A DNA stretch of 64,000 nucleotides from Obrimoposthia wandeli (Eukaryota). Position numbers and translations under genes: made by a program. The number at the start of each line of letters is the position of its first letter. Position 1 is the first letter of the stretch. A model generated the notes under the pieces. That model was not told the origin of the DNA and made no database searches. It was given only the letters and a program-made list of their open reading frames with translations. Positions 39,752 through 51,225 of this stretch are shown here, in pieces. The stretch lies in NCBI GenBank assembly GCA_977020255.1, contig CDROCS010006174.1, positions 62,001-126,000 on the forward strand. Reading direction: 5' to 3'.

Positions 39752-40008
39752 TGAATAACTATCAATTAATGATCAAAGCGGATGATAAGCAAGTGGTACT
39801 TGAGCGCATTCTACAAGTGGCTCGTTATCGTGGTTTTTTAATCAGCGGTATCAACGCGAGAGTCAATACGGGTACGAGTATCGGCACGATAGAGTTATGG
39901 GTCAGAAGTGAGCGTCCGATTGAACTTTTAGTCGATCAAATTAATAAACTGATCGACATCAAAGAAGTCAAGGTAGACAATAGCGCATCACAGCAATGCA
40001 ACGCATAA
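39751..40008 (+). CDS. ilvM: Acetolactate synthase II small subunit
   Basis: LERILQVARYRGF, RPIELLVDQINKL; TAATG coupling to ilvG. Confidence 0.9.
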   Translation: MNNYQLMIKADDKQVVLERILQVARYRGFLISGINARVNTGTSIGTIELWVRSERPIELLVDQINKLIDIKEVKVDNSASQQCNA

Positions 40009-40112
40009 TGCTGGGTTAAAACCTACGACAACAAGTAATAAAAATCACATCAAAAAACGCAGAAAAATTGAGCGTTATTTGGTTGAGACAAAATAAAAAT
40101 TTAGGAATAAAA

Positions 40113-41039
40113 ATGGCTAAAGTTAATGCAGAACTAATTTGGTTTAACGGTGAACTCATGCCGTGGCAGAACGCTACAGTACACGTAATGAGTCATGCGC
40201 TACATTACGGTTCTTCAGTATTTGAAGGTATCCGTGCTTACAATACCCATAAAGGTACATGTATTTTCCGTTTAGAAGAGCACATTAAGCGCTTATTTGA
40301 ATCGGCAAAAATATATCGTATGAACATTCCTTTTACCGAAGCCGAAGTGGTTCAAGCGTGTAAAGATGCGGTAGCAAAAAATAATTTAAAATCAGCCTAT
40401 TTACGTCCATTGGCATTTTTAGGCGATATTGGTATGGGACTTCGTCCACCCATTGACGCCGTAGCCGATGTGATGATTGCCGCCTTTAGCTGGGAAGCAT
40501 ATTTAGGTGCTGATGCGATTGAAAACGGCGTTGAAGTAGGTGTGTCGAGCTGGAACAGACTTGCGCCGAATACCATGCCTACTGCCGCAAAAGCGGGTGG
40601 TAACTATTTGTCTTCACAACTAATTTCTACTGAAGCTGCTCGTCATGGCTATGCGGAAGGTGTTGCTTTAGATATTAATAATATGGTCAGTGAAGGTGCG
40701 GGCCAGAACTTATTTTTAATCCGTAAAGGTGTACTTTATACACCACCAGGTACGGCTTCAATTCTTCAAGGCTTGACTCGTGATACGGTATTCTTCCTTG
40801 CTAAGCAACTAGGTTACGAAGTACGTGAAGAGCCAATTTCTCGCGAATCTTTATACTTAGCTGACGAGTTCTTCATGTGTGGTACCGCGACTGAAGTTGT
40901 TCCAGTGAAATCGGTAGACGGTATTTTGGTTGGTAATGGCTCTCGTGGTCCTATCACTGAAGCTATTCAAGGTGCCTTCTTTGGTATTTTTGATGGTACT
41001 ACTACGGTGCCAGAAGGTTGGTTAGACCCAGTTTTATAG
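40113..41039 (+). CDS. ilvE: Branched-chain amino acid aminotransferase
   Basis: HVMSHALHYGSSVFEGIR, AKAGGNYLSS, EGAGQNLF, CGTATEV; ATG 40113 with AGGAA RBS. Confidence 0.97.
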   Translation: MAKVNAELIWFNGELMPWQNATVHVMSHALHYGSSVFEGIRAYNTHKGTCIFRLEEHIKRLFESAKIYRMNIPFTEAEVVQACKDAVAKNNLKSAYLRPLAFLGDIGMGLRPPIDAVADVMIAAFSWEAYLGADAIENGVEVGVSSWNRLAPNTMPTAAKAGGNYLSSQLISTEAARHGYAEGVALDINNMVSEGAGQNLFLIRKGVLYTPPGTASILQGLTRDTVFFLAKQLGYEVREEPISRESLYLADEFFMCGTATEVVPVKSVDGILVGNGSRGPITEAIQGAFFGIFDGTTTVPEGWLDPVL

Positions 41040-41309
41040 GTCTGATAATACCTTTTCGCTAAATTATCGTTGGAAGTGCGACTTATCATCATAAGTGACG
41101 TGCTTTCAGCGCTAAATTTAGCGCTATTAACACCCAATTAGATTAGCGGTAAACAACGTATTTCTACCGCATTATTTTTAAAACATATTTTCAAAGAACA
41201 TTTTTACAATACAGTAAAAATACATTGTAAAAGCATCGCCAGTGAGTATTTTTTCAAAATAATTCAGCCCACAATTAATAATAATTTCAACGCACTTAGG
41301 AACTTTGTC

Positions 41310-43178
41310 ATGCCAAAATTACGCTCAGCAACTTCTACTCAAGGCCGAAATATGGCGGGCGCTCGTGCGCTCTGGCGTGCAACAGGTATGACAGATGGCG
41401 ATTTTGGTAAGCCTATTATTGCGGTGGTTAACTCTTTTACTCAGTTTGTGCCGGGTCATGTGCATTTAAAAGATATGGGTCAACTCGTTGCTGGCGCTAT
41501 TGAAGAAGCCGGCGGTGTCGCAAAAGAATTTAATACTATCGCAGTAGATGATGGTATTGCCATGGGTCACAGTGGCATGCTTTATAGCTTACCTTCGCGT
41601 GACTTAATCGCGGACTCTGTTGAATATATGGTTAACGCCCATTGTGCTGATGCCATGGTCTGTATTTCTAACTGTGACAAAATCACCCCCGGCATGTTAA
41701 TGGCAGCAATGCGTTTAAATATTCCGGTTGTTTTTGTTTCTGGTGGTCCAATGGAAGCGGGTAAAACTAAGCTTTCTGATCAAATTATCAAACTTGATTT
41801 AGTGGATGCCATGATCCAAGGCGCTGATCCTAAAGTGTCTGATGCACAAAGCGACCAAGTTGAGCGTTCTGCTTGCCCAACATGTGGTTCGTGTTCGGGT
41901 ATGTTTACCGCAAACTCGATGAATTGTTTAGCCGAAGCTTTGGGTTTAGCACTGCCGGGTAACGGCTCAATGTTGGCCACTCATGCTGATAGAGAACAGT
42001 TATTTTTAGATGCAGGGAAACAAATAGTCGCACTGACTAAACGTTATTATCAAGATAACGATGAATCAGCACTGCCGCGTAATATTGCCAGTAAAAAAGC
42101 CTTACACAATGCGATGTGTTTAGATATTGCCATGGGCGGCTCAACGAATACCATTTTACATTTGTTGGCTACCGCACAAGAAGCTGAAATAGATTACACC
42201 ATGGAAGACATGGATAAGCTCTCACGCATTGTACCGCAGCTCTGTAAAGTTGCGCCATCAACGCCTAAATACCATATGGAAGATGTCCATCGCGCTGGTG
42301 GTGTCATCGCTATTCTAGGTGAATTGTCACGTGCCGGTTTATTACACACCGATGTACCCAACATTTTCGGTACTACACTCGCTGATGTTATTGCCAAGTA
42401 CGATATTAAAGTTACTGATGATGAAGACGTGAAAAAATTCTACCGCGCAGGCCCAGCAGGTATTCGCACGACTAAAGCGTTTAGCCAAGATTGTCGTTGG
42501 GACACCTTGGACGATGACAGAGCTAATGGCTGTATTCGTAGTCTTGAGCATGCTTTCTCAACCGAAGGCGGTTTAGCAGTACTTTCAGGGAATATTGCCG
42601 TAGACGGTTGTGTGGTTAAAACGGCGGGCGTTTCTGATGATAATTTAGTTTTCACTGGCCCCGCACATATTTTTGAAAGCCAAGACGCTGCGGTCGCGGG
42701 TATTTTAGATAAAAAAGTTGTGGCAGGCGAAGTCGTGGTTATTCGTTATGAAGGGCCTAAAGGTGGACCAGGTATGCAAGAAATGCTTTACCCAACCACT
42801 TACTTAAAATCTATGGGCTTAGGTAAAGCATGTGCTTTGCTCACTGATGGTCGTTTCTCTGGTGGTACTTCAGGTTTATCTATTGGTCATGTCTCTCCCG
42901 AAGCGGCTGATGGCGGTACTATTGCACTCGTAGAACAAGGCGATATCATTCATATTGATATTCCTACGCGTGAAATAACCTTACAAGTATCGGAAGAAGA
43001 ACTTGCAGCGCGCCGCGTAGCAATGGATGCGAAAGGCAAACAAGCTTGGAAGCCCCTTGATCGTGTACGCCCTATTAGTTATGCACTTAAAAACTATGCC
43101 ATGTTAGCAACGAGCGCTGACAAAGGCGCTGTACGCAACCGAGACTTACTTGATGGCATAGTTGATGGCATCGAGTAA
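41310..43178 (+). CDS. ilvD: Dihydroxy-acid dehydratase
   Basis: [60 protein letters not shown]. Confidence 0.99.
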   Translation: MPKLRSATSTQGRNMAGARALWRATGMTDGDFGKPIIAVVNSFTQFVPGHVHLKDMGQLVAGAIEEAGGVAKEFNTIAVDDGIAMGHSGMLYSLPSRDLIADSVEYMVNAHCADAMVCISNCDKITPGMLMAAMRLNIPVVFVSGGPMEAGKTKLSDQIIKLDLVDAMIQGADPKVSDAQSDQVERSACPTCGSCSGMFTANSMNCLAEALGLALPGNGSMLATHADREQLFLDAGKQIVALTKRYYQDNDESALPRNIASKKALHNAMCLDIAMGGSTNTILHLLATAQEAEIDYTMEDMDKLSRIVPQLCKVAPSTPKYHMEDVHRAGGVIAILGELSRAGLLHTDVPNIFGTTLADVIAKYDIKVTDDEDVKKFYRAGPAGIRTTKAFSQDCRWDTLDDDRANGCIRSLEHAFSTEGGLAVLSGNIAVDGCVVKTAGVSDDNLVFTGPAHIFESQDAAVAGILDKKVVAGEVVVIRYEGPKGGPGMQEMLYPTTYLKSMGLGKACALLTDGRFSGGTSGLSIGHVSPEAADGGTIALVEQGDIIHIDIPTREITLQVSEEELAARRVAMDAKGKQAWKPLDRVRPISYALKNYAMLATSADKGAVRNRDLLDGIVDGIE

Positions 43179-43190
43179 CGGAGAAATATA

Positions 43191-44768
43191 ATGACTGAAG
43201 CTGAACAGCAAGCCTTAGTGCTTGCTAAAGCGACGCAAGAACAAGCACTTGATTACCTGCGAAGAATATTATTAGCACCGGTTTATGATGTTGCCATTGA
43301 ATCTGACTTAACGCCTTTAACTAAGTTGTCTGCTCGTTTAGGTAATCAGATATTCCTTAAACGCGAAGACCAGCAACCCGTGCACTCTTTTAAGTTACGT
43401 GGTGCGTATAACAAATTAATAAACTTGTCAGAGCAGCAATGTTTACATGGTGTTATGGCCGCCTCTGCGGGCAATCATGCGCAAGGGTTGGCATTGGCAG
43501 CACATAAGTTGGGTATTAAAGCGACGATAGTTATGCCAATCACCACGCCCGATATAAAAGTAGATAATGTCAGACGTTATGGTGCAGAAGTGCGCTTAGT
43601 GGGTAAGAGTTTTAATGAAGCACAGCAAGCTTGTGTAGAATACGCTAACGCTGAACATAAAACCTTGATTCATCCTTTTGATGACCCTGATGTTATTGCG
43701 GGTCAAGGTACAGTGGCTAAAGAACTATTACAGCAGCGCCCTAATATTGATGTGGTCTTTGTGCCTGTTGGTGGCGGTGGTCTATTGGCCGGTATAGCGG
43801 TGTATTTAAAGCAACTACAGCCCAATATTAAAGTTATCGGCGTTGAAGCTGAAGATTCTGCTTGTTTAAAAGCCGCATTCAGCGCAGGAAAACCAGTTGA
43901 TTTAGCACAAGTGGGATTGTTTGCTGATGGCGTGGCGGTTAAGCGCATTGGTGAACACACTTTTGATTTGATCAAACACTATTGTGATGAAGTGATCACC
44001 GTATCTACTGATGAAATTTGTGCGTCGATAAAAGATATTTTTGAGCAAACTCGAGTGATTTCTGAACCTGCCGGGGCATTATCGCTAGCAGGGTTACAAA
44101 AGTATTGTCAGACAAGCCAAGGTGATGAGTCATTGGTTGCTATTCTTTCTGGCGCGAATATGAACTTTCATACTTTACGTTATATTTCTGAGCGTTGTGA
44201 ATTAGGCGAACAAAAAGAAGCGGTTTACGCCGTTAAAATTCCAGAAGAAAAAGGCAGCTTTAGAAAATTTTGCCATGCGCTTTCGGGTCGGGTGATCACC
44301 GAATTTAATTATCGTTATGCGGATAAAAGTGAGATGTTATCATCAGCGCAAGCGAACATTTTTGTTGGCGTTAGGCTCGGTGGTGAAGCTAATGCACGCG
44401 AGCAGTTAACCGAAAGCTTGCAGCAGCAGAATTATGAGTTAACAGATTTCACCGAAAATGAACTAGCGAAGCTGCACGTTAGATACATGATCGGCGGTAA
44501 AAACCAATTATCAGCGCAGGAACGCATCTTTCGCTTTCAATTTCCAGAGTACCCTGGTGCATTGGAGAAGTTTTTAGACACTCTTGGTGAGCATTGGAAT
44601 ATTACTTTATTTCATTATCGCAACCATGGCGCGGCATTTGGCCAAGTGTTAGCGGGTTTTGAAGTGAAATCAGCGCATGAAAGTGATTTTTTCAACCATC
44701 TCGAAGCATTAGGCTATGAGTGGCAAGAAGAAACCGCTAATAAGGCTTATCAAACTTTTCTGACCTAA
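43191..44768 (+). CDS. ilvA: Biosynthetic threonine ammonia-lyase
   Basis: KREDQQPVHSFKLRGAYN, ASAGNHAQG, VGGGGL, SGANMNF, two ACT domains (FPEYPGAL, FHYRNHG). Confidence 0.98.
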   Translation: MTEAEQQALVLAKATQEQALDYLRRILLAPVYDVAIESDLTPLTKLSARLGNQIFLKREDQQPVHSFKLRGAYNKLINLSEQQCLHGVMAASAGNHAQGLALAAHKLGIKATIVMPITTPDIKVDNVRRYGAEVRLVGKSFNEAQQACVEYANAEHKTLIHPFDDPDVIAGQGTVAKELLQQRPNIDVVFVPVGGGGLLAGIAVYLKQLQPNIKVIGVEAEDSACLKAAFSAGKPVDLAQVGLFADGVAVKRIGEHTFDLIKHYCDEVITVSTDEICASIKDIFEQTRVISEPAGALSLAGLQKYCQTSQGDESLVAILSGANMNFHTLRYISERCELGEQKEAVYAVKIPEEKGSFRKFCHALSGRVITEFNYRYADKSEMLSSAQANIFVGVRLGGEANAREQLTESLQQQNYELTDFTENELAKLHVRYMIGGKNQLSAQERIFRFQFPEYPGALEKFLDTLGEHWNITLFHYRNHGAAFGQVLAGFEVKSAHESDFFNHLEALGYEWQEETANKAYQTFLT

Positions 44769-44786
44769 AGGTTAATATTTTGTTAT

Positions 44787-44814
44787 AAAAAAGCAGCTTT
44801 AAGCTGCTTTTTTT
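44787..44814 (+). terminator. ilv operon terminator
   Basis: AAAAAAGCAGCTT-T-AAGCTGCTTTTTTT. Confidence 0.88.
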
Positions 44815-44895
44815 ATGAAATGCTTTATCTTTATGTCGCTAAGCAAAAACGCTAAGTAGAACGTTAAATAGAAAATTATAATAAAAGGATGTTTT

Positions 44896-46467
44896 ATGTC
44901 AGATTTGTCCCCTGATTTACACAATTCAGCTCCTAGCCCTAAGCTTATAAACCTGAGCCCTATCAGCATTAAGCAACGACTTATCGCTATGGATATTCTC
45001 AGAGGTTTAGCATTAATTGGTATTTTACTGATGAACATAGAGTGGTTTAACCGCGCTATTTCTAGTTTAGGTAGCCAAGATAAAAGCTTAAGCGGTTTAG
45101 ATCATGCTGTAGGTTGGCTGATACGTTGTTTTGTCGAGGGCAAATTTTATACGCTATTTTCACTATTATTTGGTATGGGCTTTGCCGTTATGTTGATCCG
45201 AGCTAAGGAGGCAGAGCGGCCTTTTGGTGCTTGGTTTTCACGCCGTATGATTGCCTTAATTGTTTTCGGTTTGTTGCATATGATTTTCTTATGGGGCGGA
45301 GATATTTTACAAAGTTATGGCGTTGCAGGCTTACTATTATTGGCCTGGATAACGCTACTTAAAAAGCCCCGTTTCGCTCAATATGATAACCCTAAGTCAT
45401 TTTTTAAATTAGCTGTAGTATGGTTATCAGTACCCATTATGATCACTGTCGTTAGTGGGATTGGCTTCGGAGTAAGCTATGATAATGCCGCTTTGCTAGA
45501 GCAATGGCATGAAGAAATAGCCGTCACTGAACGAGTTGATGCCATTAACTTGGCAAACGAAAACAGTCTAAAAATCGTAGAAAATAACGCTGAATCAATA
45601 ACTGACGAACTCGCTGAAAACACAAACAATGAGGCTGCGAACACAGAGTCAGAAAATAAATTAGCGAATAATTTAATGGGCATTGCAACCGAAGACCTTG
45701 CTGATGAAGATATCGAAGCATCAATTGCACAGTACACAGCGGCAATCATAGAAATGCAGGCGCAAGCTGTCGTCGACCAACAACAAGAAATACGTGCGGA
45801 TGAAGCCGCCGAAATGAAAGCTTTTACCCAAGGCAGTTATTGGCAAGCGACTGAGTTTCGTTTTGATTTTGCCTTATTTATGCTGATGTTTACTATTCCA
45901 TTTTCACTTACTGTGCTCGTGCCAATATTCATCTTAGGTTACTGGTTAGTATCAAGTGGTATTATGCAAAATTATCAACAACATGCTCGTGCTTTTAATG
46001 TTACAGCATGGCTTGGTATTAGCTTAGGTTTGATAATAGAAAGCAGCGGGTTATTAGTGTCTCAGCACCCCGTGGCGAATCAAGTGATCTTATTGCAAGC
46101 CGTAGGCGAAGGGTTATTTTACGTAGGTCAATTCGTCATGAGCGCAGGTTATTTTGGTTTAATCATGTATTTACTCAGTGATGAAAAATGGCGCAAGCGT
46201 TTTGCAATATTTACTCCTATGGGCAGAATGGCACTCACCAATTACATTATGCATTCTGTTATTTTAAGTTCTATTTTCTATGGTTATGCAGGCGGTTATT
46301 TTGGTGAAATATCAAGAGCACCACAAATGCTGATTGTTGCGGCGATTATTATCTTCCAGTTGCAGTTTTCGCGTTGGTGGCTAAATAATTATGCCTTTGG
46401 ACCTTTAGAGTGGTTATGGCGTTGTTTGTCTTATAATAAAATACAAGCAATGCGCAAATCATCATAA
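44896..46467 (+). CDS. DUF418 (YeiB-like) membrane protein with acidic insert
   Basis: RLIAMDILRGLALIGILLMN, KFYTLFSLLFGMGF, GRMALTNY, FGPLEWLWR. Confidence 0.9.
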   Translation: MSDLSPDLHNSAPSPKLINLSPISIKQRLIAMDILRGLALIGILLMNIEWFNRAISSLGSQDKSLSGLDHAVGWLIRCFVEGKFYTLFSLLFGMGFAVMLIRAKEAERPFGAWFSRRMIALIVFGLLHMIFLWGGDILQSYGVAGLLLLAWITLLKKPRFAQYDNPKSFFKLAVVWLSVPIMITVVSGIGFGVSYDNAALLEQWHEEIAVTERVDAINLANENSLKIVENNAESITDELAENTNNEAANTESENKLANNLMGIATEDLADEDIEASIAQYTAAIIEMQAQAVVDQQQEIRADEAAEMKAFTQGSYWQATEFRFDFALFMLMFTIPFSLTVLVPIFILGYWLVSSGIMQNYQQHARAFNVTAWLGISLGLIIESSGLLVSQHPVANQVILLQAVGEGLFYVGQFVMSAGYFGLIMYLLSDEKWRKRFAIFTPMGRMALTNYIMHSVILSSIFYGYAGGYFGEISRAPQMLIVAAIIIFQLQFSRWWLNNYAFGPLEWLWRCLSYNKIQAMRKSS

Positions 46468-46544
46468 GCTTTTAATGTCAGGCCTATTTAATCCCTGTAG
46501 CTGGTTATTACTGCTGAACAGGGATATCTTAAGGCCTGGATTTT

Positions 46545-46796
46545 TTAAGATGTTAGTAATTTAGCTTCTAATTCTGCAACTTTCGCTTCAAGATCGCTCA
46601 ACTTAGCCCGTGTTTTGATTAATACTTGTGTTTGTACATCAAACTCTTCACGGGTAACCACGTCTAATTGTGACAGCTTGCGCTGTAAAACAACCTTAGT
46701 TTTATCTTCCATTTCATTAGCGAAGTCTTTTAATCCAGCAGGGATTGAATCAGTGACTTGTTTAGCTATTTCTTCTATTTTTTTAGCGTTAATCAT
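46545..46796 (-). CDS. ubiK: Ubiquinone biosynthesis accessory factor UbiK
   Basis: MINAKKIEEIAKQ, LDVVTREEFDVQTQVLIKTR, C-terminal coiled coil. Confidence 0.92.
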   Translation of the reverse strand: MINAKKIEEIAKQVTDSIPAGLKDFANEMEDKTKVVLQRKLSQLDVVTREEFDVQTQVLIKTRAKLSDLEAKVAELEAKLLTS

Positions 46797-46980
46797 TGCA
46801 ATGCTCTTAATTGATAAGCGATGGCGTTATTGTAACCAATCCAAGCGCTATTGATAATGATATCTTCGCTAAAGCTGAGAAGAAATTTCCCTAGATGCTG
46901 AAAGTTGATGTAGTCTTGTGATAAAAGCAGGTAAAATCGACGGCCGATTTTCATATCCATCAATTGAGTTAAACGCAGCG

Positions 46981-48999
46981 ATGAAATTAAACCCAGGTCA
47001 AAATGAAGCAAAAAAATATGTTGATGGCCCTTGCTTGGTCTTAGCAGGAGCTGGCAGTGGTAAAACTGGGGTTATTTGTCAGAAAATAGCGTATTTAATT
47101 CAAAACTGTGGCTATAAAGCCAAAAATATTGCTGCGGTTACTTTTACCAATAAAGCCGCTCGTGAAATGAAAGAACGTGTCGTTAAAATGATGGATAAGT
47201 CACTGACGCGTGGCTTAACGGTTTGTACCTTTCACTCTTTAGGCTTGGATATTATTCGCAAAGAACTAAAAACGTTAGGTTATAAACCAGGCTTTACTTT
47301 GTTTGATGACCAAGACAGCTTAGCGTTATTGAAAGAGCTTACACAGGATGAGTTGGAAGGCGATAAAGACTTATTAAGTAAACTACAAATGATGATTTCT
47401 AGTTGGAAAAATGAATTGTTATTACCTGATGACGCCATGAAACAAGCGAGTGACGCTGATGCCCAACAGTACGCTGAGTTTTATGGCATGTATCAAAAGC
47501 ATATGAAAGCCTATAACGCCTTAGATTTTGATGATTTAATTTTAATTCCGACATTGCTGATGCGTAATTTTCCCGAAGTACGTGCGCGCTGGCAGAAAAA
47601 AATTCAATATATGTTAGTCGATGAGTATCAAGATACCAATGCCAGCCAATATGAGCTCGTTAAGCAAATTACTGGCGAACAAGGCTTACTTACCGTGGTA
47701 GGTGATGACGATCAGTCGATCTATTCCTGGCGTGGCGCTAAGCCTCAAAACTTAGTGTTATTAGGACAAGACTACCCTAACCTTAAGTTGATTAAGCTTG
47801 AGCAAAACTATCGCTCTAGTGGCCGTATTTTAAAGTGTGCCAATATCTTAATCGCGAACAACCCCCACGTTTATGATAAAGCCTTATTTAGTGAGCTTAA
47901 TTACGGTGTGGAACTGCGCGTTTTACAAACCAAAAATGAAGAGCATGAAGTTGAACGCGTTGTGGGAGAGTTGATCGGTCATCGCTTTTTAAATAAAAGT
48001 AAATTTAAAGATTATGCTATTTTGTATCGAGGTAATCATCAATCGAGATTACTTGAAAAGGCATTAATGACCAACAGAATTCCCTATAAAATTAACGGCG
48101 GCACTTCGTTTTTCTCGCGCTCAGAAATTAAAGATATGATGGCGTTTTTACGGGTATTAGTTAATCCTGACGATGATAATGGTTTTCTTCGTATCGTTAA
48201 TGTACCACGTCGAGAAATAGGCCCTACCACACTAGAAAAGCTCGGCAGTTACGCCAACATGCGTCAAATTAGTATGTTCGCGGCAAGTTTTGAATTAGGT
48301 TTAGAGCAGCATCTTACCGGGCGCGGTTTGGTCAGTGTACAACGATTTACCCGCTGGTTGGTTGAAACGGCAGATCATGCCGAGCGTGGTGATACCTCAG
48401 CTGTGTTACGGGCTATGGTGCGTGAAATTAACTACGAAGATTGGTTATACGATACCTCTCCGAGTGCAAAAGCCGCTGAAATGCGCATGAAAAACGTCAC
48501 GCAATTATTTAGCTGGGTCACGCAAATGCTAGAGGGTGACGACGACGAAGAACCGATGACCTTAGCACAAGTGGTCACTCGATTGACGCTACGTGACATG
48601 ATGGAGCGTAACGAAGATGAAGAAGAAACTGACCAAGTACAGTTAATGACTTTACATGCATCGAAAGGGCTAGAGTTTCCTTATGTTTTCCTTATCGGCA
48701 TGGAAGAAGGTATTTTACCGCACCAAACCAGTATGGATGAAGGTAATGTGGAAGAAGAGCGCCGCTTAGCTTATGTGGGTATTACACGTGCTCAGAAAGA
48801 GCTGATTTTCACTTATGCTCGTGAACGACGTCAGTACGGTGAAGTATCGAGGACTGAAGCCAGTCGATTTTTACATGAATTGCCACAAGATGATTTAAGT
48901 TGGGAGTTAACCCAAACCAAGCAAAGCATAGAAAAAAAACAAGCAACAGCAAAAATGGGCGTAGCAAATTTACGTGAGATGTTAAAAAATAAAAATTAA
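46981..48999 (+). CDS. rep: DNA helicase Rep
   Basis: [62 protein letters not shown]; ATG at 46981. Confidence 0.97.
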   Translation: MKLNPGQNEAKKYVDGPCLVLAGAGSGKTGVICQKIAYLIQNCGYKAKNIAAVTFTNKAAREMKERVVKMMDKSLTRGLTVCTFHSLGLDIIRKELKTLGYKPGFTLFDDQDSLALLKELTQDELEGDKDLLSKLQMMISSWKNELLLPDDAMKQASDADAQQYAEFYGMYQKHMKAYNALDFDDLILIPTLLMRNFPEVRARWQKKIQYMLVDEYQDTNASQYELVKQITGEQGLLTVVGDDDQSIYSWRGAKPQNLVLLGQDYPNLKLIKLEQNYRSSGRILKCANILIANNPHVYDKALFSELNYGVELRVLQTKNEEHEVERVVGELIGHRFLNKSKFKDYAILYRGNHQSRLLEKALMTNRIPYKINGGTSFFSRSEIKDMMAFLRVLVNPDDDNGFLRIVNVPRREIGPTTLEKLGSYANMRQISMFAASFELGLEQHLTGRGLVSVQRFTRWLVETADHAERGDTSAVLRAMVREINYEDWLYDTSPSAKAAEMRMKNVTQLFSWVTQMLEGDDDEEPMTLAQVVTRLTLRDMMERNEDEEETDQVQLMTLHASKGLEFPYVFLIGMEEGILPHQTSMDEGNVEEERRLAYVGITRAQKELIFTYARERRQYGEVSRTEASRFLHELPQDDLSWELTQTKQSIEKKQATAKMGVANLREMLKNKN

Positions 49000-49237
49000 T
49001 TTTATTAGCGCTAATCTTAAAGCCAATAATATTTACTGTCTGAAATGCAACACTAAGCTGATTTTATTAACTTTACGTGGAGAGTTCATACTGACCATCA
49101 CAAGAAATTACTAGCGATAGTGCTTTTAACGTGACTTGATTACTGCGTTGAATGATAAGTTAACTTTTTCTTTATTGTCGACTAATATTTAAACAGTAAA
49201 TATTGGTTTTAATGACTTTTAGTAAGGAAATAAGGCA

Positions 49238-50206
49238 ATGATAAAGCGGACGCAGTCAGAAGTAATGCTATTGGTTTTAAGCGCTATATCTGCCCTGTTC
49301 ATTTCTCCTTTTGTCTATTTTCGTTATATTGATGGTGACTTGATTGTCGCCTTTGTCGATACCTTAATTATCTTAGCGTTAGGCATCTTTTTTATTTTTG
49401 TTTATAAAACTAGAAAAATAGCCACAGCTAAAATGGTGTTAGCCATTTTTTTAGCGATTGCTATTGTTTTGGCAGTGTCTATTAGAGGTCAGTCACATTT
49501 GTACTGGCTATATCCCGCCATTATTGCTTTCTATTACACCTTACCTGAACGCTCAGCAGGTATAATTTGTTTAATTGCCATTACCATGATTGCTCTACAA
49601 ATTTCGCCAATACTCAGTCATATAGATTTTTTTACTATTGTTATGTCTTTATTACTCACGACTATTTTTTCTTATACAATATTTAGTAATTACCGTCAAA
49701 CTAATGAAAAACTTGCCTTATTGGCAACGATTGATCCGCTAACATTTAGTGGCAATCGTCGAGCGTTAAATATTAAACTCTCAGATATTCTTGCCGATCA
49801 GCAACGTCAAGCCTCTGATGTTTCATTACTCTTACTTGATTTGGACCTATTCAAGCGCGTTAATGATCAACATGGTCATGCGGTAGGTGACCAAGTACTT
49901 GTGGAGGTAACTCAAGTACTGAGAAGTAATACTAGAGCATTAGATACTTTGTTTCGTTATGGTGGTGAAGAATTCGTTATTGTGCCGCTGAAAGTCGACT
50001 TGGCATCAGGGATGATCGTTGCAGAAAAACTAAGATTGTTAGTAGCGCAGCATCAGTATGTTAATGATCTTAAAATAACGATATCAATCGGTGTGGCGCA
50101 ATATCGTGTCGGGGAAACTGCTGAGGCATGGGTCGCTCGTGCTGACGCTGCCCTCTACAAGGCAAAAGATGCCGGGCGAAATAAGGTTATGTCAGCCATG
50201 GTTTAA
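49238..50206 (+). CDS. Multi-TM diguanylate cyclase
   Basis: About six TM helices, DPLTFSGNRR, DLDLFKRVND, RALD I-site and RYGGEEF. Confidence 0.9.
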   Translation: MIKRTQSEVMLLVLSAISALFISPFVYFRYIDGDLIVAFVDTLIILALGIFFIFVYKTRKIATAKMVLAIFLAIAIVLAVSIRGQSHLYWLYPAIIAFYYTLPERSAGIICLIAITMIALQISPILSHIDFFTIVMSLLLTTIFSYTIFSNYRQTNEKLALLATIDPLTFSGNRRALNIKLSDILADQQRQASDVSLLLLDLDLFKRVNDQHGHAVGDQVLVEVTQVLRSNTRALDTLFRYGGEEFVIVPLKVDLASGMIVAEKLRLLVAQHQYVNDLKITISIGVAQYRVGETAEAWVARADAALYKAKDAGRNKVMSAMV

Positions 50207-50234
50207 TAGGGGTATATGTAAAAGTCTTAGTTTT

Positions 50235-51002
50235 TTATAAATTATATTTAGTTAAGATACTCTGATAAAAACCTGATTTTTTAATTTCAGACAAGGCGAC
50301 AGATAACTTTTCTACCGTGACTGCAGGAGTTGTTAATCCCGTTGCTATATGGAGTTTATTAGGAAAGTTGGCTAATGATAGGTAAGGCTTAATATTATTA
50401 GCGTCAAAGCCCGCTTTATTAATATCACGATCTAATGCCATATAATTGGTTAATACCAAATCTATACGCTTATTAAAAAGCATGGCCCATAAGTGTTTAC
50501 TGGTGACGCTTAATGATAAGTTTTTATTCTCTACATAGCCATTTTTACGTAGAAAGTGCTCTGAATGATAGCCTCTCACCGTCCCTATCATATAGGGTTT
50601 AGCACTCTCCAGTGAAGTCAATTCAATCTCTGGCCGATTATCAAGCCCAACCAGTACAGCATGGCTTTCATACATTTGCCCAACCCATTGAAAATTATCT
50701 TCGCGATTAGGTGTTTTCAATAGCGATAGCATAAAAGTATTACTGCGCTCTTTAGTTGCTTTAAAAGTTCGCGCGAAAGGCTGAATTGCAATTTTTCCAG
50801 ATAGATTAGCCTGCACAAGTGTGGCTTGTATTATCTCAACGAAAGCGCCTGCGACTTCACCATTGCTATCAATAAAATGATAAGGCGGTAATTCTTCGGT
50901 CAGAAACAGTAGAGGTTTTTCTTGGGCATGGCTAAGCACTACGCAACATAAATACAGCGCTAAAGATATCAAAGATAAAGCTATTGTTTTTATAACCGAC
51001 AT
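50235..51002 (-). CDS. Stand-alone periplasmic substrate-binding protein (family 3-like)
   Basis: Signal peptide, TEELPPY, PFAR, RTxxR-like KTPNRE, IGTVRG, RIDL motifs; no ABC permease adjacent. Confidence 0.8.
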   Translation of the reverse strand: MSVIKTIALSLISLALYLCCVVLSHAQEKPLLFLTEELPPYHFIDSNGEVAGAFVEIIQATLVQANLSGKIAIQPFARTFKATKERSNTFMLSLLKTPNREDNFQWVGQMYESHAVLVGLDNRPEIELTSLESAKPYMIGTVRGYHSEHFLRKNGYVENKNLSLSVTSKHLWAMLFNKRIDLVLTNYMALDRDINKAGFDANNIKPYLSLANFPNKLHIATGLTTPAVTVEKLSVALSEIKKSGFYQSILTKYNL

Positions 51003-51225
51003 TTAATCACAGTATTAAGTTTTTATTACCAATAATATAACGTAAGGGCAAGATAACGTAAACTAATCTGACGTTTACCTTAGTTAATGAATAGATAATA
51101 TTTACTTAATCTTGGTGTTTATGTGATTTTTCATGGCATAAAAGGTAAGAGATTAAAATTGCTATAGCCAAGCCATTTCACTGCATTAAATTATGCATTA
51201 AAAGTCGCTTGGCTATGAGTAGATG

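Noticed and set aside
46479-46538. Long interrupted hairpin between DUF418 and ubiK
   Set aside because: It sits between convergent stops, so a bidirectional terminator or stabiliser is a sufficient explanation.
46860-46930. GCTGAGA...CCCT motif resembling a TPP riboswitch upstream of rep
   Set aside because: It lacks the rest of the THI-box consensus and pairing, and the context is unrelated.
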